A stretch of DNA of 64,000 nucleotides from NCBI RefSeq assembly GCF_009914755.1, contig NC_060931.1; one strand, written 5' to 3'. Shown here piece by piece: positions 35,426 to 53,696 of the stretch. Position 1 is the first letter of the stretch. Each line of letters begins with the position of its first letter. The stretch is from the human T2T-CHM13v2.0 reference genome, Homo sapiens. Under the pieces are notes generated by a model, which saw only the letters and a list, made by a program, of their open reading frames with translations, made no database searches and was not told the origin of the DNA. The translations under genes and the position numbers were made by a program.

Positions 35426-36139
35426 CCAGCACTTTGGCAGGCCAAGCTAGGAACACTGCTTAAGCCCAAGAGTTCAAGACCAGCCTGGGCAATGTATGGA
35501 GACCTTGTTTCCACAAAAAATTTAAAAATTAGCTGGGTGTGGTGGTATGCACCTGTGGTTCCAGCTACTCAGGAGGCTGAGGCAGGAGATCACTTGAGCC
35601 AAGGAGTTCGAGGCGACAGCTATGATTGTGCCATTGCACTCGAGCCTGAGCAACAGAGCAAGACCCTATTTCTCAAAATAATAATAATTTATAACAGTGT
35701 TTACCTTGGCGGGAAGGAGCATAAGAGAGCCTTCTGGAAGTCCTGATAATGTTCTGTGTCCTGGTGGAGATGCTGGTTACGTGGATTTATTCTGTTTTTT
35801 AACACTTAGGGAGTTTGTGTGATGTGTACACTTTTCTGGATGTATGTTGTAACCCAAGGAAGTAACTTAATAACCAATTAAAATAAAAATAGTAAGAAAG
35901 AATGAGAACGCTAAAAGAATAAGACATTGTGGGTAGCAGGGGAAGGTAGTTTTGTAGAAAAACTAAATACAACTTTTAAAAATAAAAATGGGCCAGGCAC
36001 AGTGGCTCACACCTGTAATCCCACCACTTTGGGAGGCCAAGGTGGGTGAGCCACCTGAGGTCAGGAGTTCGAGGCCAGCCTGACCAATATGGGAAAACTA
36101 CTCTCTACTAAATACAGAAAATTATTACTAAATCTACTA

Positions 36140-36605
<466 letters not shown>

Positions 36606-36942
36606 TCACGGCACTCTAGCCTGGGTGACAGAATGAGACTCAATCTCAAAAAATAAAAGCATAAATAATAAATAAAACCATTTTTAAAAAACATGAGGGA
36701 GCGGGGAAGGAGTCGAAAAACTATTGCTCACTTATCTCTCATGCATTCTTTCTAAAAGAACTGTAGGCCGGGCACAGTGGCTCACGCCTTTAATCCCAGC
36801 ACCTTGGGAGGCTGAGGTGGGCGGATCATGAGGTCAGGAGTTTGAGACCAGCTTGACCAACATGGTGAAACCCCGTCTCTACTAAAACTACAAAAATTAG
36901 CCAGGCATGGTGGTGCACACCTCTAATCCCAGCTACTTGGGA

Positions 36943-37674
<732 letters not shown>

Positions 37675-38235
37675 TTAGTACCGTAGGTGGGAAGGAACAC
37701 AGGGAGGCTTCCAGGGGTCCAGGTAATGTTCTGTGTCTTGATTGAGATGCTGGTTAATGGGTTTATTCCTGCCTAAGAATCGTAGGCAGGGCCGGGTGTG
37801 ATGGTTCTCACCTGTAATCCCAGCTCTTTGGGAGGCCGAGGCAGGCAGAGCACCTGAGGTCAGGAGTTCGAAACCAGTTTGGTCAACATGGTGAAACCCC
37901 ATGTCTACTAAAAATACAAAAATTAGCTGGGCATGGCGGCAGGAGCCTGTAATCCCAGCTACTCAGGAGGCTGAGGCAGGAGGATCACTTGAACTCGGGA
38001 GGGGGAGGTTGCAGTGAGACAAGATTGCGCCACTACATTCCAGCCACTACATTCCAGCCTGGGCAACAGGGTCAGACTCTGCCGTTTAAAAAAAAAAGAA
38101 ATCGTAGGCAGGTATGCTCACTACCTAAGTAACCACGTACCACATCATTTGTACCTCATGCCTCAGCATCATGCAATATACTCATGTAACAAGCCTGCAA
38201 GTGCACCCCCTGAATCTAAAATAAAAGTTGAAATT

Positions 38236-38593
38236 TGTATTAGTCCACTTCCACACTGCTATGAAGAAATACCTGAGACTGGGTAATTTATCAACGAAAA
38301 GACATTTAATGGGACTCTCGGTTCCGCATAGCTGGGAAGGCCTCACAATCATGGCGGAAGGCGAAGGAGGAGCAAAGGCACATCTTCCATGGCGGCAGGC
38401 AGGAGAGTGTGTGCAGGGGAACACCCCTTTATAAAACCAGCAGATTGAGACTTATTCACTGTCATGAGAACGGCATGGGAAAAACCTGCCTCCATGATTC
38501 AGTTGGGTCCCTCCCATGACACGTGGGGATTATGGGAGCTACAATTTAAGATGAGATTTGAGATTTGGGTGGGGACACAGCCAAAGCACATCA
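38236..38593 (-). mobile_element. THE1/MST MaLR solo LTR
   Basis: tgtattagtcc...gagactgggtaatttat...gggacacagccaaagcacatca; 5-bp TSD AAATT on both sides. Confidence 0.88.
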
Positions 38594-38779
38594 AAATTAT
38601 TTTTAAAAAGTAAAAATAGGCCGGGCACGGCAGCTCAAGCCTGTATCCCGGCACTTTGGGAGGCCGAGGCGGGCGGATCACCTGAGGTCAGGAGTTCGAG
38701 ACCAGCCTGACCAACATGGGGAAACCCCGTCTCTACTAAAAATACAAAAATTAGCCAGGCGTAGTGGTGTGTGCCTCTA

Positions 38780-38896
<117 letters not shown>

Positions 38897-39251
38897 TCAA
38901 AAAAAAAAAAAATGTGATATAGGTCTAATAGGATTCTATCAGGAGAAAGAAAGAACTGGACTCACTGCTGCCTCCAACTCCTGGCCTCAAGTGATCCTTC
39001 CGCCTCGGCCTCCCAAAGTGCTGGGATTACAGACATGAGCCACTGAGTCTGGCCTACAATTCTTTTAGAAAGGATTTGTGACAGATAAATAATCTCAGGT
39101 TTCTATGAATACATTTATTTTCGTTATTGAAGGATGATTAAGCTGGGTATAGAGTCTGTGGTTCGGCATTATTTCCCCATGGAATTTGTATGATGTTATT
39201 CTATTGTCTTCTGTTACTGCTTCTGTCATCGTCAGTCTTACAGTCAGGTAA

Positions 39252-39591
<340 letters not shown>

Positions 39592-39678
39592 TGAGGCTGA
39601 GGCAGGAAGATCACTTGAGGTCAGGAGTTTGAGACCAGCCTAGGCAACAGAGTGAAACTTCACCTCTACGAAAAATCA

Positions 39679-39828
<150 letters not shown>

Positions 39829-39927
39829 TTAAAAAAAATAATAATAATTTAGCAAAAATTTAAATTAATTATGAATAAGTAAAAATGACATGTATTTCTT
39901 TTAGAAGGGGTGATCTTAAAAAAATTA

Positions 39928-40356
<429 letters not shown>

Positions 40357-40643
40357 TTATGTCCCTGTAAAATGTATAAAGTCAAGCTGTAACCAACTCA
40401 CTTTGGGTACATGTTCTCAGAACCTCCTGGGATTGTGTTATGGGCCTTGGTCACTCATATTTGGCTCAGAATAAACCTCTTTATTTTTATCTATTTATTT
40501 GAGACAGGGTCTCACTCTGTCACCCAGGCTGGAGTGCAGTGGCGCCATCTCACTGCAACCTCCATCTCCAGAGTTCCAGCTATCCTTCCACCTCAGCCTC
40601 CAAGTAGCTGGGACTACAGGTATGTGCCATCACGCCTGGCTAA

Positions 40644-40880
<237 letters not shown>

Positions 40881-41437
40881 GAGATGGAATCTTGTTCTGT
40901 TGCCCAGGCTGGAGTGCAGTGGCGCGATCTTGGCTCACTCAACCTCTGCCTCCTGGGTTCAAGTGATTCTCTTGCCTCAGCCTCCCAAGTAGCTGGGATT
41001 ACAGGCACGTGTCACCACACCTGGCTAATTTTCGTATTTTTAGTAGAGACGAGGTTTCACCATGTTGGCCAGGCTGGTCTCGAACTCCTGACCTTGTGAT
41101 CTGCCCGCCTCCACCTCCCAAAGTGCTAGGATTACAGGCATGAGCCACCACCGTGCCAGGCTAATTTCAGATTTTTTTAGATAATAGCCATATTATACCA
41201 ATAAAACATCATTTCAGCACATTAAAACAGCATGAATAGTGATAACTGGTATTACTATTATTATTCCTGTTTTATAGACAAAGAACAGAGGGATTAAGCA
41301 CCTTGCTGGAGGTCACACAGTAGCAGTAAGTGGCTTGGCTGGGATTTGAAGACAGGCAGTTTGAAATGCAAGCCCACAGGCTTCACCTCTGCAATAAAGG
41401 CCTCTGGGAGAAAGTGTTATCTGAGTTGGGCCTTTGA

Positions 41438-41882
<445 letters not shown>

Positions 41883-42159
41883 TAACTTTGCCATGGAAGC
41901 AGTCACAATGTATATAGAACTTTCTGGGTTGGCCTCAATCCTCTGCATCCCAGGTGGAGGTGGGCTATGTGCTGGAGACCAAAAGAAGGGGGAAGTCCCT
42001 ATAGATTGGAGGGTCTAGGAGTGTGGCCCGAAAGACTGGCCCCAGCTGCTGGCTGGGGAGAAAGGGGTATTAAGCCGGGAAGGAGGGGATGACCTGTGGT
42101 TGGTCCCAGTGCTGAGAAAGCCCCAGCCTTCCTAGAAAGTCTATTTTTTAATTTTTTAG

Positions 42160-42799
<640 letters not shown>

Positions 42800-42955
42800 T
42801 AAGGCCCTGTGGGACATAACCCCCTTAACATGGCTCCTGTCCTTCAAGATCTCACCCTGAAGTGACTTTGGACTGGGACACTTTGGAAGTAAAAAAAATG
42901 TAAGGCCATTCAGGAATAAATATTAACGTTTCCCTTTTTTTTTTTTTTTTTTTGA

Positions 42956-43207
<252 letters not shown>

Positions 43208-43343
43208 TAAGAGTAATGGAGTAGCCGGGTGTGGTGGCTCAGGCCTATCATCCCAGCACTTTGGGAGGCCAAGGCGGGTGGATCACCTGAGGTCGGGAAT
43301 TCGAGACCAGCCTGACCAACATGGTGAAACCCCATCTCTCCTA

Positions 43344-43553
<210 letters not shown>

Positions 43554-44916
43554 TCACGCCTGTAATCCCAGCACTTTGGGAGGCTGAGGTGGGTGGATCA
43601 CCTGAGGCCAGGAGTTCAAGACCAGACTGGGAAACACATGGAAACCCCATCTCCACCAAAAATACAAAAATTAGCCAGGCGTGGTGGCGCACACCTGTAA
43701 TGCCACTTACTCAGGTGGCTGAGGCAGGAGACTGGCTTGAATGCTGGAGGCGGAGGCTGCAGTGAGCTGAGATCGTGCCACTACAGTCCAGCCTGGGCAA
43801 CAGAGTGAGACCCTGTCTCAAAAAAAAAAAAAAAAATGAGTGGCCGGGTGCGTGGTTCCCACCTGTAATCCTGCAATACCACTACTTCGGGAGGCCAAGG
43901 AGGGAGAATAACTTGAAGTCAGGAGTTCAAGACCTGCCTGGGGGGCCGGGCACGGTGGCTCACACCTGTAATCCCAGCACTTTGGGAGGCCAAGGCGGGC
44001 GGATCACAAGGTTAGATCAAGACCATCCTGGCTAACATGGTGAAACCCCGTCTCTACTAAAAATACAAAAAATTAGTCGGGCGTAGTGGCGGGCGCCTGT
44101 AGTCCCAGCTACTCAGGAGGCTGAGGCAGGAGAATGGCGTGAACCTGGGAGGCGGAGCTTGCAGTGAGCCGAGATTGCGCCACTGCACTCCAGCCTGGGT
44201 GACACAGCCAGACTCTGTCTCAAAAAAAAAAAAAAGACCCGCCTTGGCAACATGGCAAGACCCATCTCTACCAAAAACAACAAAAAAAAGAAAGTAAATA
44301 AGAGTAATAGAGTAATGGGGGCAGGAGCATGGAGCAGGGGTCCAAGTTTAAACTGCGCAAGGAGAAGAAACCATTGGTTATTTTCTGAGCCATGTGCTAA
44401 GGTCAAAACTAGGTGACCTTGGGCAAGTCTCTTTCTCTCTGGGTGGTTCCACAGCTGTTAAACAGGTTTGGAAATTATTATCTACAGGTAAAGCACCCAT
44501 AATGGTGCCAGACACCTTGGTAGGTCCCCAATATATATTGTGTGCCAGGAATTTTACATATTTACTAATTTGAATCTTTACAACACTGAAGAGGTAGGTG
44601 ACATTATTATATAGATGAGAAAACAGGCATGTTAAAGCGGTTAAGCAACGTCCTCGAGGTCACTCAGCCAGTAAGACGTTAACTGAGCCTAGGTTCAATC
44701 TAGGTCTATCAGGCAGCAAAGTGTTTTATTACTTGGGAAGAAAAAGGCACAGAAAAATGAATAAGTGAGTTCAACACTATTAACTCATGAATTGATAATG
44801 CTCTGTCCATCTTAACACTGCTATGAAGGAGAAGATACTCAAATATAAAAGTTGGCAGGGCACAGTGGCTCATGCTTGTAATTCCAGCACTTTAGGAGGC
44901 AGAGGCAGGAGGACTA

Positions 44917-45312
<396 letters not shown>

Positions 45313-46241
45313 CTAGCTACTCCAGAGGCTAAGGCGGCAGGATGGCATGAGCCCAAGAGGTCAAGGCTGCCGTGAGCTACCACTGTTCCACCGCAGTCCA
45401 GCCTGGGCGACAGAGCGAGACCCTGTCTCAACAACGAACCAATAAATACATAATAAAAAGTAATGGTTAAGCGGAAGATACCTAGGTACACATCACAACA
45501 AAATTCTATGAGGTTCTTTCAAAGTGTGCTTAGATAATTAAGGTTTGTCAACATCGTGGCATCCACAATTACTACCATCTCAATCACAAACCTGGAAATT
45601 TACCCGTGTAATTAATTCCCACTGCATAACCATGTTTTGTTATTGCTAGATGATGGAATCCACAACAGTATCCAATTCTTTTTCCAAGGCAACGACTTCT
45701 GCAAAAAACCGAGATGTGCAGTCTCTCTTGCTAAGTCACCGATCACCTATACTCTCTCCTCTCAAAACCCCCCAATACCCAGGCAGCGAGTAAGCCCTGG
45801 AAGGCAGGATTCGTGTCTGCATCCCACCGCCTCGCACCCCCTTCCGGGGCATCCTCATCGTGTGGCCAGCTCCTGCCTGGAGAAGGAGGTGGCCTTTACT
45901 TGGGTGTCACCCGGGGACCACTTGGGGGTCCAAGCGGGACAGGCCTCCGAGGTCCCCGCCATGTATGGAGGCCGAAAGGCAGCGTCCCAGGCGAACTGGA
46001 GAGGGAGTTCCCCCCAGCTCTCCAGGTCACCTCCCGCCGACGGACGGAAAGGCCGGCGCGCACGGGCGTGGTGCGGCGGGGATAGGAGGCAGCCACGGGC
46101 GCACCCCAGGGCCAGCACATAATGGGCCGCGTAGGCCGGGCAGGCGTCCAGCTGGGACGCCGCCGCACCACGTGGGCTGCAGAGCGCACGGGGCAGGCAG
46201 CTGCCGGTGGGCCCAGGGCCGGGCGCTGCGCGGCCAGCGTC

Positions 46242-46274
46242 CGTGCGTGCGTGCGCGCGCGCGCGTGCGCGTGC
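46242..46274. promoter_or_regulatory. 33-bp alternating purine-pyrimidine tract (Z-DNA-forming; NRF1-like GCGCGTGCGC motifs)
   Basis: cgtgcgtgcgtgcgcgcgcgcgcgtgcgcgtgc is perfectly alternating Y/R. Confidence 0.75.
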
Positions 46275-46395
46275 CTGCGTCCAAGGGATTTGCGATCAGG
46301 CGGCGCGGCGGACAGCCCCGGCGGCGGGGCGGGGGGAGTTATATTGCGGGGTCCTTCCTCGCTCACCCTGGTTCCTCTCGGAGCGGAGACGGCAA

Positions 46396-46454
46396 ATGGC
46401 GGACTTCGACACCTACGACGATCGGGCCTACAGCAGCTTCGGCGGCGGCAGAGG
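46396..46454 (+). CDS. EIF4H: EIF4H coding exon 1 ([20 protein letters not shown], phase 2)
   Basis: ATG at 46396 in the CpG island; translation matches the known human eIF4H N-terminus; donor GG|gtgagg at 46455. Confidence 0.98.
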
Positions 46455-48207
46455 GTGAGGCGGGCGTGCGCGGGCCCCGTCGGGGGCTGCGGGACCGGCG
46501 GAGTCGGGGCCGTCAGGGTGGCGGCCGTCCTGCGCTCAGCCGGGGCGGCGGGAGGCGGGGGCCCGCGGAGGCCTAGGAGCGGCGCCTGGAGGGCCGGGGC
46601 CTGGAAATGGCGCGCTCGGAGACGGGGCGGCGGCGGCTGGGCTCCCGGGGTCTTGCTTGCGGGGCGGATCCCTTCCACTGCCTCCCGCCAACGACAACGT
46701 GTTGGTTTTTGCCCTGCCTTGGCCGCGGCGGCGCCGATGCCCGGAGACGAGCGCCCGCTTCCAGCCCCATCCCCCCTACGGTAGGACCAGTGCGGGGCTG
46801 AGCTGTGGCGCTGGGGTACGGGCCACACGGCCTGCCCCGCTCCGGTCCCGGCCTCTTTCGCGGCCCTCTGTTGCCTGCCCGCCTTGCAGGCCCCTGGCCC
46901 CTTCGCCACGAGGCCGGCCGACTGGGGAAGGTCGGCAGCCAAGAGGGGCGATTCCCTTCCCCTTACGTGTGAGGCAGGGATTTGGCGGCTCTGGCCCGGG
47001 GATGGTACGACTCCTTGCGGGCGGGGGGAGACCAAGGAGACAAATCCATCGTAGCTTCTTTGTATTAATCTTTCTTGGGTCACAGTGCCTTGACAGGTGC
47101 TACGTGCTCTTTGGCACAATTTCATTTCTCCTTGGTTTCTCGCTCTGATCTGGAGAAGGAACCGCATTTAGCGTCGTCCTGATTGTTGTCAAATGCAGAC
47201 AACTATGTATAATTGAAACACTTTGCTTAAAAGAAACATCTTTGAATAGAGAGCTCATGGTGTTTAATTCCAGGACTCTGCACTTTTTTTTATTTTATTT
47301 TTTAAATACAAGTTGCCTCGTTAGAATATAGGCTATGAACATCTTGCTGTTTGTCAAGGACACACTTGGGCTTTGTGTTTTCTTGCAGAAAGGATTACTT
47401 TCCCAGGATAACACCACAATAATACACACTGAGGTGTTCAGTCTCCTGGGTTGCAGTCCAAAAGTATCTTTGTTTGGTAAAGAATGATCACTTTTAATAC
47501 CTTGGTTTGGGAACGGCTCAGACAAAAGCTTGTTTCGGGGCAGGAGTGTAGCTAATGTTCATGATACTGTAACGTGGAAGTGTGCCGGTGTAGGTGGAGC
47601 TATTGTCATTCCAAAGAACATTTTATTTGCTAATAAAAAAAGAAGTAAATGTTGGATGACATGAAATTATCGCCTTTGGGTTAGGTTTCTAAACATCAAA
47701 TTTGTTCTCAAGTCATTTCGAAATTTAATAACTAGGGTTTTTTTTTTTTTCCTAGTTCCAAAAAACGTTCACAGAAGTACCCAGAAAAATTCTTCTTAAA
47801 CAGCGTGGTCAATTTAAGTTTTAGTTGCATTGGGACTACAATAAGGTGACCTTATTAAACTGAGTGTGGGGATTTAAAAAAATTTCCTTCAGACACATTT
47901 GCCAGCTCTTCTGGTGTCAAATTTTGACATTTGGGGGTGCCAGGAACAATCAGAAGTAAAATTCTATTAAGATGCTATTAATTTCAAATCTCCACAGCAG
48001 ATGAAAATATTAGCCATTTGCCCCAGGTGTACTCCAAAAACTGATAGGAGAGTTTCCTAGGTAGCACTGTGCATCACTTGAACTTCCTAATAGAAAGTCT
48101 CTTTACTGTTAAGCATCTTCTATGTCTCACTTACTTGGAATTTTCTATTTGGCTTCATATTAATGTGAAACTACATAAAGTATTGCTACTTTCAGAAGTA
48201 GTTTTAA

Positions 48208-48424
<217 letters not shown>

Positions 48425-49129
48425 TAATTATGTCCACATGAACAAATGTCACTGCTTTACAATGCTTAAGCATCATAGAAGATTGCCACCTATGGAAAGC
48501 AGTTTTAACACTGCATTGTTTGGTACTTGTGTAGGCACCTTCTCCCTTGTCTAAAATGCCTCAGACAGGCTCGTACATCTCACCTCTAAATTACTTGGGT
48601 CACAGGTGAAAGAAATGGTAGGCCTAAAATGAACAGTTATCATCATAAAACATAGTTTGGTAGTTATACATCTTCCTAAGTTTATTTCGTAGTTGTGTTT
48701 AATAACCAGTGCAGTTGTCAGGAAACAGTATTGAACCACTGCTTTTTTCCCCCGAGCCTGTAAGGGCATGTCCCCAGCAGCCAGGGAGAGAACCAGGGAC
48801 TGCATTGTTCAGCAAGCAAATCAAAACAAAATTCCAAATGATCAAGAGTTGATTGTACCAGATCTTGAATGGACTTTGTTTTGCAGTTTGCTAAATTATC
48901 TTTTTGAGGTTCCAGTTTCTCATCTACCATTGGCAGTAAAGTGCAGAGTAATACTGATTTTATATTTCTAATTGCAACAAAGCTATGAGTGCTTAGTGGA
49001 AAACCACCGATCCTGAGAATTAGGGTGGAAATTGGAGGTGGCAAGAATTGAGGTGGCTGAAATGGTGCCATCTAAAAACTGGCAAAACTCCAAATTTATT
49101 CTTTATCAGGATTCAGTTAGGGAGTTTAG

Positions 49130-49276
<147 letters not shown>

Positions 49277-49339
49277 TAACCTTTGAATCTTTAAACTTAG
49301 CATGTCTGTCTAAATTTCTGAGCATATTTTTATCCAAAA

Positions 49340-49566
49340 TTTTTATGGTGGTAAAATATACATAACATAAAATGTGCCACTTTACCCATTTTTCAGTATA
49401 CATTTCAGGGATATTGAGTGTATTCGTAATGTATAACCATCACCACTATCCAGCTCCTTAACTCTTACAGCTTGTAAAACTAAAACCCTGTCCCCTTTGA
49501 ATAGTAATTCCCTATTGCCCTCCTTCCCCCAGGTCCCTGGCAACCACCATTCTACTTCCTGTCTCT
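49340..49566 (-). mobile_element. L1MB 3'-end fragment
   Basis: gtggtaaaatatacataacataaaat...ccctggcaaccaccattctacttcctgtctct. Confidence 0.7.
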
Positions 49567-49952
49567 GAGCATATTTTAAGATTTGTATGTAATAGGAAGG
49601 AAAGCAGTGTATAAAAACTACAGCTAGTTTTCACTGATGCTAGGGCCTGTAAAGCTATTGAAAAGCTTATTTTAAAATGCTGTTTACATGTCAAATGTCA
49701 AGTCGTTTAGGTTTGTTATCCTTCTTCACTCCAAGTGTTCCATTGCTTAGTTCCAAACCATTATCCTCTATGAAAAGTGTTACCAGAAATATTTGGATTT
49801 GCTAAGAGGTCTCTGCATGACGGTTCATGTAAAAGCCCTGGCTTTGGAATAAGGCAGACCAGAGTTTCATCAGTTCAGCCATGTGTTAGTTGTGTGATCT
49901 GAAGTAAGTTTCTTCACCTCTCTGAGCCTCGTTTTCCCCACATATGAGTTAG

Positions 49953-50165
<213 letters not shown>

Positions 50166-50248
50166 TAGTCTCAAACCCCTGGGCTCAAGGGATCTTCCTG
50201 CCTCAGCCTCCCAAGGCTCATTGTGTGAGCCACAGTACCCAGCCTTCA

Positions 50249-50731
<483 letters not shown>

Positions 50732-51189
50732 TTACATCATGCTGATTAGACCTGCACACCCGGGCATGAAATGAGTGTGATTGCATCATTTTCATAGAAC
50801 CTAATGGCAGCTGTATGTACGTCTAAGACTTCTTTTGTGTAAGTCGAATGTTCTTCGAAGTTTCCCCACGTCATGATTTATGTGATTTTCCGTCTTGATC
50901 AGGACCTTCTGAAGGAGCTCAAGTATGTGGCTGCTCCACGGTTGATGAGTCTCTGGTTAAGCATGGCCTTCCAGTTCAGGGCTAGGGGGGCCGTCACCTC
51001 CCTTTGTTCTGCACATTCTTCTCCTGTCTTTCATGTATACTCACATTTTTGGAGCCTTCTGTGTACTCACATTTTTGGAGCCTTCTAAATGTCTGGCTTA
51101 ATAGAACACAGCTGGATTCTCATACCTGCATCTGTCTCCACTCTTGGAATGTGTTGCTTTGGTTGACTTTTATGGAGCAGCTCAATCCT

Positions 51190-52560
<1,371 letters not shown>

Positions 52561-53369
52561 GTTTGTATTAACACAAAGACCTGTTGTGAGATCAGTATAG
52601 GTCTTTGCTTTATAAATGTGGAATATTGTGAACCATTCTGGGAACCATATTTTAAGGCATCAGCACACTGGAGCCTATGAAGAAGAAGGTGATAGTGGGG
52701 ATGGCCAGGCTCTGAAACTTCATCTTAGGAGGAAGGGCTGAGCAGCTTCAGTGAGGACCTTCGAAAGAAGCCTCAGCAGCAGTGATACAGCAGCTCTTAA
52801 GTCTCTGGGACTGCTGAGTGGAAGAAAGGTGTGGCCCTCCAGGCCAGAATAGGACCAAAGGATTACATCTTGGCCTTCTTCAGAGACTGCACAAATGTAA
52901 AGAACTGCTGCTTGAGCTAAATAATTGTTTTTTTAATAGAGACAGGGTCTCCCTTTGTTGCCTAAGCTGGTCTTGAACTAGCCTCAAGGGATACTCCTGC
53001 CTTGACCTCCTAAAGTGCTGGGATTGCAAGCATGAGCCACCACGCCCAGCCTCAACCATTTTTAAGTGTACAATTTAGTGGCATGGAGTACCTTCATAGT
53101 GTTGTGTAACCATTGCCACTATCTAGTTCCAGAACCTTTTCATAATCCAAACAGAAACTCTATACCCACTAAACAACTCCATTCCTTTCCCAGTTTTAAC
53201 CTCATAAACATTTTGGCTATTTCTGTTACATCTATCTTCCCTACTTTTGGGTGGAGGTGTGGGCTAGGATAATTTAAGGCTAATCCTAGTCACCTATCCT
53301 TCTAAAATAGTTCTTATTTTTTTAAATTTTAATCCTCATCTTTGTGTTGGTAAATATTACATACTTTAG

Positions 53370-53696
<327 letters not shown>

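Larger units (their letters stand above)
45810..47030. promoter_or_regulatory. CpG island / EIF4H promoter and first exon
   Basis: Very GC- and CpG-rich and Alu-free; E-box CCACGTGG 46168-46175, GC box GGGGCGGGG 46326-46334, TATA-like TTATATT 46339-46345, pyrimidine run TTCCTCTC about 46372-46379 as probable initiator. Confidence 0.92.

Noticed and set aside
46207-46395. Open frame upstream of and in frame with the EIF4H ATG (possible N-terminal extension)
   Set aside because: Starts at a GTG lying upstream of the probable TSS (about 46372-46379), so it is unlikely to be in the mRNA.
45896-47167. 423-aa minus-strand ORF and other long ORFs over the CpG island
   Set aside because: Stop-codon scarcity in very GC-rich DNA; Arg/Pro/Gly/Ala-rich with no domain; overlaps the real EIF4H exon 1.
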